Shown here piece by piece: positions 21,218-30,397 of a stretch of DNA of 64,000 nucleotides. The notes below the pieces were generated by a model. The model made no database searches, had not been told where the DNA came from, and worked only from the letters and a program-made list of their open reading frames with translations. The translations under genes and the position numbers were made by a program. The first letter of the stretch is position 1. Each line of letters starts with the position of its first letter. The DNA is from a virus (taxonomy: Duplodnaviria > Caudoviricetes), in IMG/VR virus record IMGVR_UViG_3300035703_002708; one strand, written 5' to 3'.

Positions 21218-21863
21218 AAAAATCCTTATCAAAAGGATTCGTTATGTCTCGTCTTTTAAATCCAACACCACCAACATATTGATTGGCGTCAGTTTTCTTG
21301 GCAAAAAACTCCATTACTTTCATTGCCGCCTTTCTATCAAATTCTTTATCTTCAGTTTCAGGAACAACACCATCGATGTATATTGAACCTCTGAATTGTC
21401 TAATGTCACCATCATAACTGAAAATATCGTCTATGTCGGATTCATCAAATTCTCCGTCACCATCGACAACCTCTTTGATTTTTTCCATAACATAATCGGT
21501 ATCTTCTTCGTCATCACCAAAATCTTCAAACTCATTTTCGTCTTGTTCCATCATTGGTTCCTCCATCGAAGATGAACCACCACGTTTGTCTTTAGCCTTT
21601 TCCAAATATGTAAACGCTTCCTCACCATATATGTCAAAAAGTCTTTGAAAAATCGCGGCAGGGTTTTTTCTCATATAACGAATAACATCATTAGGAATAT
21701 ATCTCGAATATGTTGGACCAAAAATATCCTTCACTTGAAACTCTCTTGGTTGTGTTGCTCTCTCAAGGTCTGCGGAGTAATCCTGCTCATATAGATTTTT
21801 TGTAATAGATTTTCTAATCTGTTCAACAAGTTCATCTCTTGTTAGTTTGATAATTTTTCTCAT
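21216..21863 (-). CDS. Acidic protein with N-terminal leader, putative head-internal protein
   Basis: MRKIIKLTRDELVEQIRKSITKNLYEQD; TATTTAT upstream (21882-21888, minus). Confidence 0.6.
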   Translation of the reverse strand: MRKIIKLTRDELVEQIRKSITKNLYEQDYSADLERATQPREFQVKDIFGPTYSRYIPNDVIRYMRKNPAAIFQRLFDIYGEEAFTYLEKAKDKRGGSSSMEEPMMEQDENEFEDFGDDEEDTDYVMEKIKEVVDGDGEFDESDIDDIFSYDGDIRQFRGSIYIDGVVPETEDKEFDRKAAMKVMEFFAKKTDANQYVGGVGFKRRDITNPFDKDF

Positions 21864-21867
21864 AAAA

Positions 21868-21900
21868 TTTGTCTTTACCAAATAAATATCCCTATATTTG
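21868..21900 (+). promoter_or_regulatory. Bacteroidota-type housekeeping promoter
   Basis: TTTG(21868)-N21-TATATTTG(21893) upstream of the sigma-factor operon. Confidence 0.6.
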
Positions 21901-21916
21901 TAAAATAATCTACGAC

Positions 21917-22420
21917 ATGAAATATCTTTTAGTTGTCTTCGGAGACTTTTCGAAAAAAACAAAGTTGGTCAAAACAATTGCTGAATCCGTTTCCATCATA
22001 TCTGATGAGGAGTCAGTTAAATATAGTTACGGTGATAATGTTGCGGTCATGAATTTCAACTCACTCGATGACCAAGAAGAGGTTGCCATATATATAGATG
22101 AGTTGTTAAAAGGTATCGTGACCCTATTTTTATTGACTCCATACACTAATAATGTATACACTTCGTTACCTATGGATGTTCACAAATATCTGTTTGGAAC
22201 GTCAGAAATCATAGATGAGGATAATTATAATTTGGAGGACGAAATCGACATTGACCGATTAGTACCACCACTTAATTCAAAATCTTCAACGAAAGTTGCC
22301 AAACTTAAGATAAAAGAACTATCTTTGGATGAAATTTTGGATAAGATAAACACAGAAGGAATTCACTCTTTAACAGAACAAGAAAGACTAACTTTAGAAA
22401 AACACTCAAACAGAATATGA
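21917..22420 (+). CDS. Hypothetical protein with DUF6576-like C-terminal helical hairpin
   Basis: LDEILDKINTEGIHSLTEQERLTL resembles the tail of Bacteroidota rhomboid-associated proteins. Confidence 0.55.
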   Translation: MKYLLVVFGDFSKKTKLVKTIAESVSIISDEESVKYSYGDNVAVMNFNSLDDQEEVAIYIDELLKGIVTLFLLTPYTNNVYTSLPMDVHKYLFGTSEIIDEDNYNLEDEIDIDRLVPPLNSKSSTKVAKLKIKELSLDEILDKINTEGIHSLTEQERLTLEKHSNRI

Positions 22421-23217
22421 AAGAGAAAAACACCTCCCTACCAATTAACCAAGAAGAAATTCAATCATACCTCAAAGATTTGAGGAAGATTAAGGTTATG
22501 ACCCCCGAGCGGGAAAAAGAACTTGCAAAACTTATTTCTTCAGGAAACCTGACAGAAGACCAACGTAAAAAAATTAACAAAGAACTCGTTGAGGGTAATT
22601 TGAGGTTTGTTATTACGGTCGCCAAACAATATCAAAATCAAGGGCTTGATTTTCCCGATTTGATTGCCGAAGGTAATATGGGTCTTATCAAAGCAATCGA
22701 GAATTTTGATTGGAGTAAGAACCTACGTTTTATATCATATGCAGTGTGGTGGGTTCGTCAGTGTATTTTACAATCTTTAAACGAGAACGCCCGTACTATT
22801 CGTCTTCCAGTTAATGTGGTTCAGGACTTACATAGGGCAAAAAAAGAAATCGAAAACAACGGTAAACAACTTCCCGAGAAGTTTACATCACTACCATCTA
22901 TGGTAAACCTCAACGATGAAATCAACGAGGATGGTGATACACTTATCGATGTTATCGTAAATGAAAACGTGACCATGCCTGACGAAGTGTTCAACACCAA
23001 AGATAAGTTGAAACAAAAACTTATGGAAGTATTGAATGTTTTGGATGAAAGAGAACGTGTAATTATTGAAGATTATTTTGGACTCGCAGGAACGCCCCGT
23101 ACATTGGAGGACATAGGAGAGGATTTTGACCTCACAAAAGAACGAGTTCGTCAAATCAAAGAAAAAGCGTTACGTAAGTTACGCAACGAAAGTTCAGAAC
23201 TCTTTGACTACATTTAA
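22417..23217 (+). CDS. RNA polymerase sigma70-family factor (Bacteroidota RpoD-like)
   Basis: NLRFVITVAKQYQNQG, DLIAEGNMGL, RFISYAVWWVRQ (region 2), TLEDIGEDFDLTKERVRQIKEKALRKLR (region 4.2). Confidence 0.92.
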   Translation: MKEKNTSLPINQEEIQSYLKDLRKIKVMTPEREKELAKLISSGNLTEDQRKKINKELVEGNLRFVITVAKQYQNQGLDFPDLIAEGNMGLIKAIENFDWSKNLRFISYAVWWVRQCILQSLNENARTIRLPVNVVQDLHRAKKEIENNGKQLPEKFTSLPSMVNLNDEINEDGDTLIDVIVNENVTMPDEVFNTKDKLKQKLMEVLNVLDERERVIIEDYFGLAGTPRTLEDIGEDFDLTKERVRQIKEKALRKLRNESSELFDYI

Positions 23218-23246
23218 CAAAAATTAAAATATTTATAAGAAAAACT

Positions 23247-23522
23247 ATGGAAAAGTATCAAAAGTATTTCACCCTTGCTACGCTCATTCTGTGTCTATTC
23301 ACATTCTTAAAGACTTGTGGAACGTCTTCAGAACTAAAAAGAATGGAAAAAAACATCGAAGGACTAAACAAAAAGGTTCATCAAATTGATTCAACATCTA
23401 TCAAACAAGAACAGATGGTGAAAATCATTAAAGAAACGCCTAATTGGAGAACACTTGAAATTGAGGAGTTATCGGACAAAAACAAAGTTCCTGTTAACTA
23501 CTATAAAAATATGGATAAGTAA
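23247..23522 (+). CDS. Membrane-anchored/lipoprotein-like small protein (possible lysis accessory)
   Basis: N-terminal hydrophobic stretch ending LKTCG, then coiled coil; TATTTAT at 23230. Confidence 0.5.
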   Translation: MEKYQKYFTLATLILCLFTFLKTCGTSSELKRMEKNIEGLNKKVHQIDSTSIKQEQMVKIIKETPNWRTLEIEELSDKNKVPVNYYKNMDK

Positions 23523-24370
23523 TGAAGAACTGGATTCAAAGAAATCTTAAAAGTATAATTGTAACAGCGTTTGTTATTCCGATACTATTAGTTGCTTTTG
23601 TATCAATATCACACGTAACATCCTTTTATGGAATATCGAACCCATTTGCTTGGGCGGTTTATCTCTCCGTTGCGGTTGAGATAGCCGCCCTTTCGGCACT
23701 TGCTGGTGTTTCAGTAAAACTAGGAAAGTTCATATATTTTCCTTTCATATTGGTAACATTTATTCAGTTTGTTGGTAATTTATTTTTCTCTTTTTCATTC
23801 ATCGAAGAACAATCAGAGTTATTTAAACAGTGGATGGAAATGGCAGGACCACTTTTTGAACCTATGGGTATTGAAACAACTGACATACCAACACACAAGT
23901 TAATATTGGCGCTTTTCAGTGGTGGATTATTACCAATCATATCTTTGACATTTGCTCATATGTTGGTGGTATATTCTAACAGAGAAGAACAATCAATTGA
24001 AACTCCAACACCAGTAATAGATTTAGAAGAAGTTTCTCGTCAAGCAGGTCTTATCGAAAAACAAAATCAACAAGAAGAAACAATCAACATCACCCAAGAA
24101 AAAATAGAATTACTCGAAAAACATCTTAATGAATTACAGAATCAGAAGTTCGGAAAAGCCGAACAACTCGTTTCTGAACCAGAACCAATAGAAACACCAC
24201 AAAAGACAGAAGAAATTATTGAAGAACCAACAGAGATTGAAATCGAGGAGGTTATTGAAGAACCTCAAGAAGAGATAGTAGTAGAAAATCAAACAGTAGA
24301 AGAACTTAAAGATAAGTTGGCTGAAGATTCTGGCATAAAGAGACTGACTTACACTAAAAGAAATGCCTGA
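23522..24370 (+). CDS. Multi-pass membrane protein with acidic tail (holin candidate)
   Basis: About four TM segments, adjacent to amidase-like gene. Confidence 0.45.
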   Translation: MKNWIQRNLKSIIVTAFVIPILLVAFVSISHVTSFYGISNPFAWAVYLSVAVEIAALSALAGVSVKLGKFIYFPFILVTFIQFVGNLFFSFSFIEEQSELFKQWMEMAGPLFEPMGIETTDIPTHKLILALFSGGLLPIISLTFAHMLVVYSNREEQSIETPTPVIDLEEVSRQAGLIEKQNQQEETINITQEKIELLEKHLNELQNQKFGKAEQLVSEPEPIETPQKTEEIIEEPTEIEIEEVIEEPQEEIVVENQTVEELKDKLAEDSGIKRLTYTKRNA

Positions 24371-24965
24371 GATTATTGAGTATGGGGATTTTAAAACAAC
24401 AGGGAAACAAAAAAAGAAAAAACAAATAATCCTGTGTCACACCTCAAGAGAGGTTGGAGAGTATTTATCATCGCTTAAAAATAGGTTAAACGGTAAGTTC
24501 GACAGAATACCAAATTATGTTCTTACAAGAGAAGGTACGATATTGAAATTGCTACCTGACATAGGACACACCAATTTCTTTAAAAACGATAATGTAAACA
24601 GAAATGGTATTATAATATCTTTAGAAAATTTGGGTTGGGTCGACAAGGAACCACTTAAAGACCACTATCGTAATTGGATTGGTAATATTTACAAGGGACC
24701 AATTATCGATAAGAAGTGGAGAGACTATTTCTTTTGGCAACCTTATACTGATGTTCAGTATGAAAGGTTACATTTTTTATGTGATAAACTTTGTGATGAG
24801 TTTAAAATCGACAAAAAAACTATAGGACACAACACCAAATTTACTGGAATCGAAAAATTCGATGGTATTGTCACAAAAAGTAACTACGACGTGATATTTA
24901 CTGATGTAAGCCCTGCTTTCGATTTTGACAAATTTAACAAACTATTTGATTATGGACAAACATGA
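24363..24965 (+). CDS. N-acetylmuramoyl-L-alanine amidase-like protein (endolysin candidate)
   Basis: IILCHT, YVLTREGTILKLLP, ISLEN, IGH, DVSPAFD follow Amidase_2 motif order, partly degenerate. Confidence 0.6.
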   Translation: MPEIIEYGDFKTTGKQKKKKQIILCHTSREVGEYLSSLKNRLNGKFDRIPNYVLTREGTILKLLPDIGHTNFFKNDNVNRNGIIISLENLGWVDKEPLKDHYRNWIGNIYKGPIIDKKWRDYFFWQPYTDVQYERLHFLCDKLCDEFKIDKKTIGHNTKFTGIEKFDGIVTKSNYDVIFTDVSPAFDFDKFNKLFDYGQT

Positions 24966-25575
24966 CGAAATAAAAAACCTATTAGAAGCATCGAGAAAAA
25001 TGCTTTCAGGAAATAATAAAATCTTGAAAGAAGATATCAAAAGTATCAAAAAAAAATATGGTATTTTCGAACAAGAAAAAATGAAAGATATTGATACGGG
25101 TGCAGAAATCGCCAAAAGAGTGAATGTACCTTCATCGGTGGAAACAGAAATTGAGTTCGAAACTGAAAATAAAAAAGACAAACAACAAGCCTACAGAATT
25201 TCAGGTGGAGTACTCACTATGCACGGTAAAGACCAACAAGACCTACAAATAACATCACTTGAAAAACAATCTTTTCAAGAAACTATGGATGAGTTTGTTG
25301 CTGAGGTTTCAGATATGGTTGATTTCAACTCACTGAATGTTTACGAAGATAGTGTTGAATGGTCGGGAAGACTAATTGAGTTCGATATGGATTTTATGTA
25401 CAGAATCGGTGAAACAAATGGTGTGTATGTAGATAGTGAGATGGTTAAAGTGGACCAAGATTTTGATATGATGATAGATAAATTGAGAAAATTCTATGAA
25501 AAATTCAAATCAAAGTGGGCAAAGATTATTGCTCAGAGAAAAAGAACTGAACCAGACCAGGAGGAAGAACAATGA
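24952..25575 (+). CDS. Hypothetical protein, putative head-associated
   Basis: Acidic, with LLE/ILKE/IFE sites near N-terminus. Confidence 0.55.
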   Translation: MDKHDEIKNLLEASRKMLSGNNKILKEDIKSIKKKYGIFEQEKMKDIDTGAEIAKRVNVPSSVETEIEFETENKKDKQQAYRISGGVLTMHGKDQQDLQITSLEKQSFQETMDEFVAEVSDMVDFNSLNVYEDSVEWSGRLIEFDMDFMYRIGETNGVYVDSEMVKVDQDFDMMIDKLRKFYEKFKSKWAKIIAQRKRTEPDQEEEQ

Positions 25576-26204
25576 TAGAACTTCTAAAAAAATTGGACTT
25601 TAAAACTTTGATGATTTTATGTTTAATCATCATCATACTTCTTTTAAGAATGTGTGATGGAGAAAGTAATGAAGTTAAAAAAGGTGACACAATCAAAGTT
25701 AATGGTAAAAAATATGAAGTTGTTGACCATAGAAGAGATACGACATATATAACAAGAGACTCAATTGTATATAAAAAAGGTAAAGATATCAAAGTTGAGG
25801 TTAAAGTACCGGTTTATGTCCCCGCAAATGTAGATACCCAAGAAATACTCAAAGATTATTTCTCAAGAAGATTCTATATTGATACATTAGATTTGGGTCA
25901 AAAATCATTTGTTATAGTAAAAGATACAATTACCGAAAACAAAATTCTTTCTAGAGTTTTCGAATCATCTATCACCGAAAGAATTATTAATGACACTCTA
26001 TTTCTTGTAGAACCTCCTAAAAGACAAATGTTTATCGGATTTCAAATGGGATTCGATAAGAAAGACATAATCAATTATGGTGGATTAAGTCTTTTGTATA
26101 AAGACAAAAAAGACAAAATCTTTGGATTAGGGTTAGGTATAAACTCCAATAGTCAACCTACAATTATGGGAAGTATGAATTGGAAAATTAAATTAAAAAA
26201 ATAG
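25572..26204 (+). CDS. Membrane-anchored protein, spanin-like candidate
   Basis: N-terminal TM (ILCLIIIILLLRMC), DT-rich extended region, C-terminal beta-rich segment; in lysis neighbourhood. Confidence 0.45.
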   Translation: MIELLKKLDFKTLMILCLIIIILLLRMCDGESNEVKKGDTIKVNGKKYEVVDHRRDTTYITRDSIVYKKGKDIKVEVKVPVYVPANVDTQEILKDYFSRRFYIDTLDLGQKSFVIVKDTITENKILSRVFESSITERIINDTLFLVEPPKRQMFIGFQMGFDKKDIINYGGLSLLYKDKKDKIFGLGLGINSNSQPTIMGSMNWKIKLKK

Positions 26205-26205
26205 A

Positions 26206-26451
26206 ATGGCACTTTCTTCATCAGAAAAAAAGGAAATAGAGACATTAGTCAGAAAAGAGATAAAGGATTTCTTGGGTTCTCAAACCGTAAGACAATTTGA
26301 GAATAAACTAATGGACGAAGTCGCTAAAGAGGTCAAAAGAGGAAAACTCGAAAGTGAAATAAAGGATTTAATAGTTAGAAGTATGTCAGAGTTTTATCAA
26401 TTTTTATGGACACAAAGAGGTACTTGGGAAGGGAGAATAAGGAGGTCATAA
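26206..26451 (+). CDS. Hypothetical protein
   Basis: 81 aa ORF in operon. Confidence 0.6.
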   Translation: MALSSSEKKEIETLVRKEIKDFLGSQTVRQFENKLMDEVAKEVKRGKLESEIKDLIVRSMSEFYQFLWTQRGTWEGRIRRS

Positions 26452-26453
26452 TC

Positions 26454-27353
26454 ATGGAAAAAAAAATTTATAAAAAAAAAGAAAATATTGAGGCCACAGG
26501 TGCGGCATCTGCTGGAGGTTATTCGGCACCACTTTTCGGTGACATGAAAGAAGATGAGGAAACAAAAAACACAGAAACACCTAATTTTTATAAGTCAATT
26601 TATAACCCTGATGACAAATCATATATTGCTGCTTATAAGATAATTGATGATTCTTCAGACAAATTTATAGAAGTTCTCAATATTCATGAAAATGAAGTTG
26701 GTCGAATTTATATGGATGGTAAAGAAACCTATGAAATATCAATTTTCAGATTCAGATTACCAAAATCTCAAATCCAAATTTTAGACGATGATACCGGTTT
26801 TGAGGGATTCAAATTTATCAAAATACCTTATTGGTTAGTAAAGAAAGACCCAACACAATATAAAATCAAAAGAATAAATAAGAAAAAAAGGTTATCGAGA
26901 AAGTATAGTTACCCTTTTCCTTCATTATCTAAAGATGTTGACAACAATGTAATCGATTATATAACTATTACTGATGGTGACAAAGAATCTATAAAAAAAA
27001 TTAAGACACAACAAGAAGGAAATGTAACTAAGACTGAAACAAAAGAGGCTACAGGTTCATCTTCAGCGGGTGCTTATGTAGGTCCCGCAGTTTGGGCAAA
27101 ATCATCAACCAAAAAAAATTGGAGAGGAGCTAAAAAAACTCAAATACCTGGCGGTAAGTTTGTTGAAGTTAAGAAAAAATGTCAAAAATTCCCATATTGT
27201 AATCAAGGGGATATTAAAGCCTTGAACATTTTCGAAAATGATAGAATAAACCAAGTTATCAAGAATATATCAAAAAAACATAATATAAGTGAGAATGTAA
27301 TCAAAAACATTTTGAGATATGAACTTGATGTATTTAGAAAATACAAAAAATAA
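26454..27353 (+). CDS. Hypothetical protein with internal repeat (putative head-internal)
   Basis: EATGAASAGGYSAP and EATGSSSAGAYVGP repeats. Confidence 0.6.
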   Translation: MEKKIYKKKENIEATGAASAGGYSAPLFGDMKEDEETKNTETPNFYKSIYNPDDKSYIAAYKIIDDSSDKFIEVLNIHENEVGRIYMDGKETYEISIFRFRLPKSQIQILDDDTGFEGFKFIKIPYWLVKKDPTQYKIKRINKKKRLSRKYSYPFPSLSKDVDNNVIDYITITDGDKESIKKIKTQQEGNVTKTETKEATGSSSAGAYVGPAVWAKSSTKKNWRGAKKTQIPGGKFVEVKKKCQKFPYCNQGDIKALNIFENDRINQVIKNISKKHNISENVIKNILRYELDVFRKYKK

Positions 27354-27379
27354 AGATATTTATTATAAAATAAAAAAAT

Positions 27380-28636
27380 ATGAAAACACTTAAAAATTAT
27401 ATCGATTCAGTTGTTAACAAAGTTTTACGTGAATCTTTAGAGGAAAAAGCCGATGAAATAATCGACAAAATAAAATCGAATGTAACCGAGGAAGATGATA
27501 TGGATGGATTTGAAGAACTCGAATTTAATGAGGACTATATGACTGAAGGTGAAACTTGTGAACAGTGTGGTGGTATGATGACTGAAGGAGAGTGTTCTGA
27601 GTGTGGATATAAAATGGAAGGTATCTACGAGGCAGACTTCGACCCTATGGAAAAATTGGAAAGAGTTTGTAATGAAGAAAGTGAAGAATTTGATGAGGAA
27701 GCATGTAAATCACACAAAAAATATGCAAAATCAGAAATGACCGAAAAATTACACGGAAAACAAAATAGATTGGACAAAAATAAAAATAACCGAATAGATT
27801 CTGAAGATTTCAAATTATTGAGAAAATCAAAAAAACATCAAACTGACGAAGAAATGGAAGAAGGTAACGCTTTCACAGGGGCTTTAGCGAAGGCTAAAAA
27901 AAGTGGTGAAGATGAATTTGAAGTTGGAGGTAAAAAATTTAATGTTAAAGAGTCAATTCGTTTGACAGAGGAGGAAATGATTGATTTGATAGAGAAAATA
28001 GTAAATGAGGAAAAAAGTAACATAAAAAAACAATCTAGTCATCATGGTACTTCTACAACTAAAAGGAATATAGAAAAATCCAAAAAAGAAAATGATGATT
28101 ATATCAAATCTGTCACTAAAAAAATGAAAGAATATCTAAAGGATGGTTCTAAAGGTGATTTTGATTTTGAACCGAAAATGTTCCCAAAAGGAAATGGAGA
28201 GTTGGCAAAAATGGATAAAAAAACTTATAAACCAACATCTGAAGTTCAAGAATACATTGAAAATTTTTCATCCGCAGGACTCGAAAACTTAGTATTTGAT
28301 GAAATTCATCCAAACGAAGAAAAGATGGATGAATACATGGAAGGTTCTTCAAAAGCAGGAAACAATCCAAAATGGGCAAATGCTGTAGAAACCGACGTTA
28401 ACAAAAAAAGAAACAAAGTCAGAAAGAGAAATTTACTTGGTATTCTGAAGAAAAAAGAAGGTTATAATAGACAAGCACAACCAGTTTACGACTATAAAAA
28501 CGATAGTGAAGAAGAAAAAGACGTTGCTAGAATATTTCAAGCGTTAGAGTCAACAGAAGATAAGAAAGAAAAACTAATTAAAGAGGATATAGAAAAAATG
28601 AATCATTTATTAGGATACGACAAAAAAACTCAATAA
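27380..28636 (+). CDS. Modular acidic protein, putative scaffold/head-internal polyprotein
   Basis: Short modules separated by [ILVM]xE sites; CEQC/CSEC; EF-hand-like DKNKNNRIDSEDF; TATTTAT at 27357. Confidence 0.55.
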   Translation: MKTLKNYIDSVVNKVLRESLEEKADEIIDKIKSNVTEEDDMDGFEELEFNEDYMTEGETCEQCGGMMTEGECSECGYKMEGIYEADFDPMEKLERVCNEESEEFDEEACKSHKKYAKSEMTEKLHGKQNRLDKNKNNRIDSEDFKLLRKSKKHQTDEEMEEGNAFTGALAKAKKSGEDEFEVGGKKFNVKESIRLTEEEMIDLIEKIVNEEKSNIKKQSSHHGTSTTKRNIEKSKKENDDYIKSVTKKMKEYLKDGSKGDFDFEPKMFPKGNGELAKMDKKTYKPTSEVQEYIENFSSAGLENLVFDEIHPNEEKMDEYMEGSSKAGNNPKWANAVETDVNKKRNKVRKRNLLGILKKKEGYNRQAQPVYDYKNDSEEEKDVARIFQALESTEDKKEKLIKEDIEKMNHLLGYDKKTQ

Positions 28637-28685
28637 TCTTCACATATTAATAACAACTACTATATTCTCCATAGGACAAAAACCT

Positions 28686-29153
28686 ATGGAGAATTTTTTT
28701 AACTATATATCAAAACCAGTTCACCCCGACGATGTTCAAGTTTGGTTGGATATGAATAATATCATACCTGAAAAAGTTGAACTTTACGCTGATTTTGCAA
28801 ATGGTCTTCATCAACTGATTTTAGATACCTATTTAGGTTTAGAAAATGAAAACCACGAAAACGAAATTGAAATGTCGGAGGAAGATAATAACAAACATTT
28901 CGAATGGTGTTGGAAAAAAACAATTGATAGTTTTGGAAAAGAAAATCTTAAGTTTTTCTATAAAGGAGAACATTTCGACCATTTTAAATCGTTTTTCGAT
29001 GAAGTCTTCTACAAACAAAAAGAAGATAAGATAAGAAAACAAATAAAAAGTTTTTTTGAAGACCTTTTTGACTTAAAAAAACCATTCACTAAATCCGATT
29101 TGGATATGTTAACTGACCTCTATAAATCATTAGATAAAAATTTAAAGAAATAA
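28686..29153 (+). CDS. Hypothetical protein
   Basis: 155 aa ORF with plausible composition. Confidence 0.6.
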   Translation: MENFFNYISKPVHPDDVQVWLDMNNIIPEKVELYADFANGLHQLILDTYLGLENENHENEIEMSEEDNNKHFEWCWKKTIDSFGKENLKFFYKGEHFDHFKSFFDEVFYKQKEDKIRKQIKSFFEDLFDLKKPFTKSDLDMLTDLYKSLDKNLKK

Positions 29154-29224
29154 AAACCTTTACTAAACAATCAGAAACACTATTTTTGTGATACAAATAA
29201 ACTATTTGAATTTAATTTTTAAAA

Positions 29225-29407
29225 ATGGAAACTATCGAAAAAATTAAAGAATTGACAGAATCTCTATCAATCGACGCAGGAAAATTCTACAAAGGAAATA
29301 AAAGCGCTGGTACTCGTGCTCGTGGAACTGCACAAGAATTGAAAGAACTTCTTCAAAACTTTAGAAAAGAAATCCTTGACGAAAGAAAAAAATCTGAAAA
29401 TGCTTAA
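29225..29407 (+). CDS. Histone H1-like (Hc1-family) small DNA-binding protein
   Basis: KFYKGNKSAGTRARGTAQELKELLQNFRKEI matches the KGNKxAxxRxR core of Hc1 proteins. Confidence 0.7.
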   Translation: METIEKIKELTESLSIDAGKFYKGNKSAGTRARGTAQELKELLQNFRKEILDERKKSENA

Positions 29408-29591
29408 TATAGATACATTATTTTTATTTATATTCATTTTTTCAACTTTGACTTTATTGAAAACTATTGTTAAAGTTATAAGTGCGGTGTCACAGAATAA
29501 CCCCCAACCGGCGTTTAAAAGTGACACCTCACTTTTATTTAATGGATTAGCCCTAACCTACATAATAACATACTTAATACAAAACATATAA
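29400..29591 (+). CDS. Small two-TM membrane protein
   Basis: Two hydrophobic segments; ATG 29400. Confidence 0.55.
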   Translation: MLNIDTLFLFIFIFSTLTLLKTIVKVISAVSQNNPQPAFKSDTSLLFNGLALTYIITYLIQNI

Positions 29592-29998
29592 TGACCTTTT
29601 ATCAAGAACTAGCAGTCATACATCCATATCTACAAAGTGTCAGAAAGTTGAAGAACTATTTGTCCATCGATGTTAACTTCCCAACTACTTGGAAACTACC
29701 CAAAAAATACGTGCCGGACAACTCAGTTGTTGAGAATGAATCAACACTGAAAGACCATAGATGTTTTTCTTTTGTATCGGCTTTCGAGGAAAAACTTGTT
29801 GAGGATATGTTAATTAATCTCAACGGAGTTATTAAATACAACAAAGAAAGAGAAGAAAAAGAGAGATTGTTCGAAACAAAAGTCACAGAATTAAAACAAA
29901 TCTTTGATAAACAAAATTTAGAGAACCTAAAAAATCTAAGTTTTGAATTAACCGAAAAAAAGTTAAGTTTGGACGATGAGCTCACAGAATCAGAATAA
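29591..29998 (+). CDS. Hypothetical protein
   Basis: 135 aa; TAATG junction with upstream gene. Confidence 0.6.
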   Translation: MTFYQELAVIHPYLQSVRKLKNYLSIDVNFPTTWKLPKKYVPDNSVVENESTLKDHRCFSFVSAFEEKLVEDMLINLNGVIKYNKEREEKERLFETKVTELKQIFDKQNLENLKNLSFELTEKKLSLDDELTESE

Positions 29999-30173
29999 TG
30001 CCAAGGTATTAGATTGGTTAGAAAAAGAAAAACAAAAAGACAGTGCTGAATTAATTGCAGATAAGAGAAAGTTTATCGAAGAGATTAGGAAGTTCAGAAA
30101 ATCAGATTTAACAAATTCAGACGAAATCAAGTTGACATTATGGCAGAAAATCAAGAAGACATTGGGATTTTAG
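29976..30173 (+). CDS. Hypothetical protein
   Basis: 65 aa, overlaps neighbours in operon. Confidence 0.5.
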   Translation: MSSQNQNNAKVLDWLEKEKQKDSAELIADKRKFIEEIRKFRKSDLTNSDEIKLTLWQKIKKTLGF

Positions 30174-30397
30174 AAAAGTTAGCATTAATTGCTGACGCTT
30201 CACAAAATCTTTTTACTGGTAGGGCTACAGTTATTTTTGAACTTCCGATAGGTGAGTTCAGAAAAACACAAAGTCAATTAAAAAAGGAACTTACAGGTGA
30301 AAAATTCAAAGTAGATATCTCAGGTACTGAGTTCATATTCCTTATGGATGGTGTTTTACAGGAAATGTCGTCGAATGACGGTAAAGAACCTTCTTAG
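30140..30397 (+). CDS. Hypothetical protein
   Basis: 85 aa ORF. Confidence 0.5.
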   Translation: MAENQEDIGILEKLALIADASQNLFTGRATVIFELPIGEFRKTQSQLKKELTGEKFKVDISGTEFIFLMDGVLQEMSSNDGKEPS

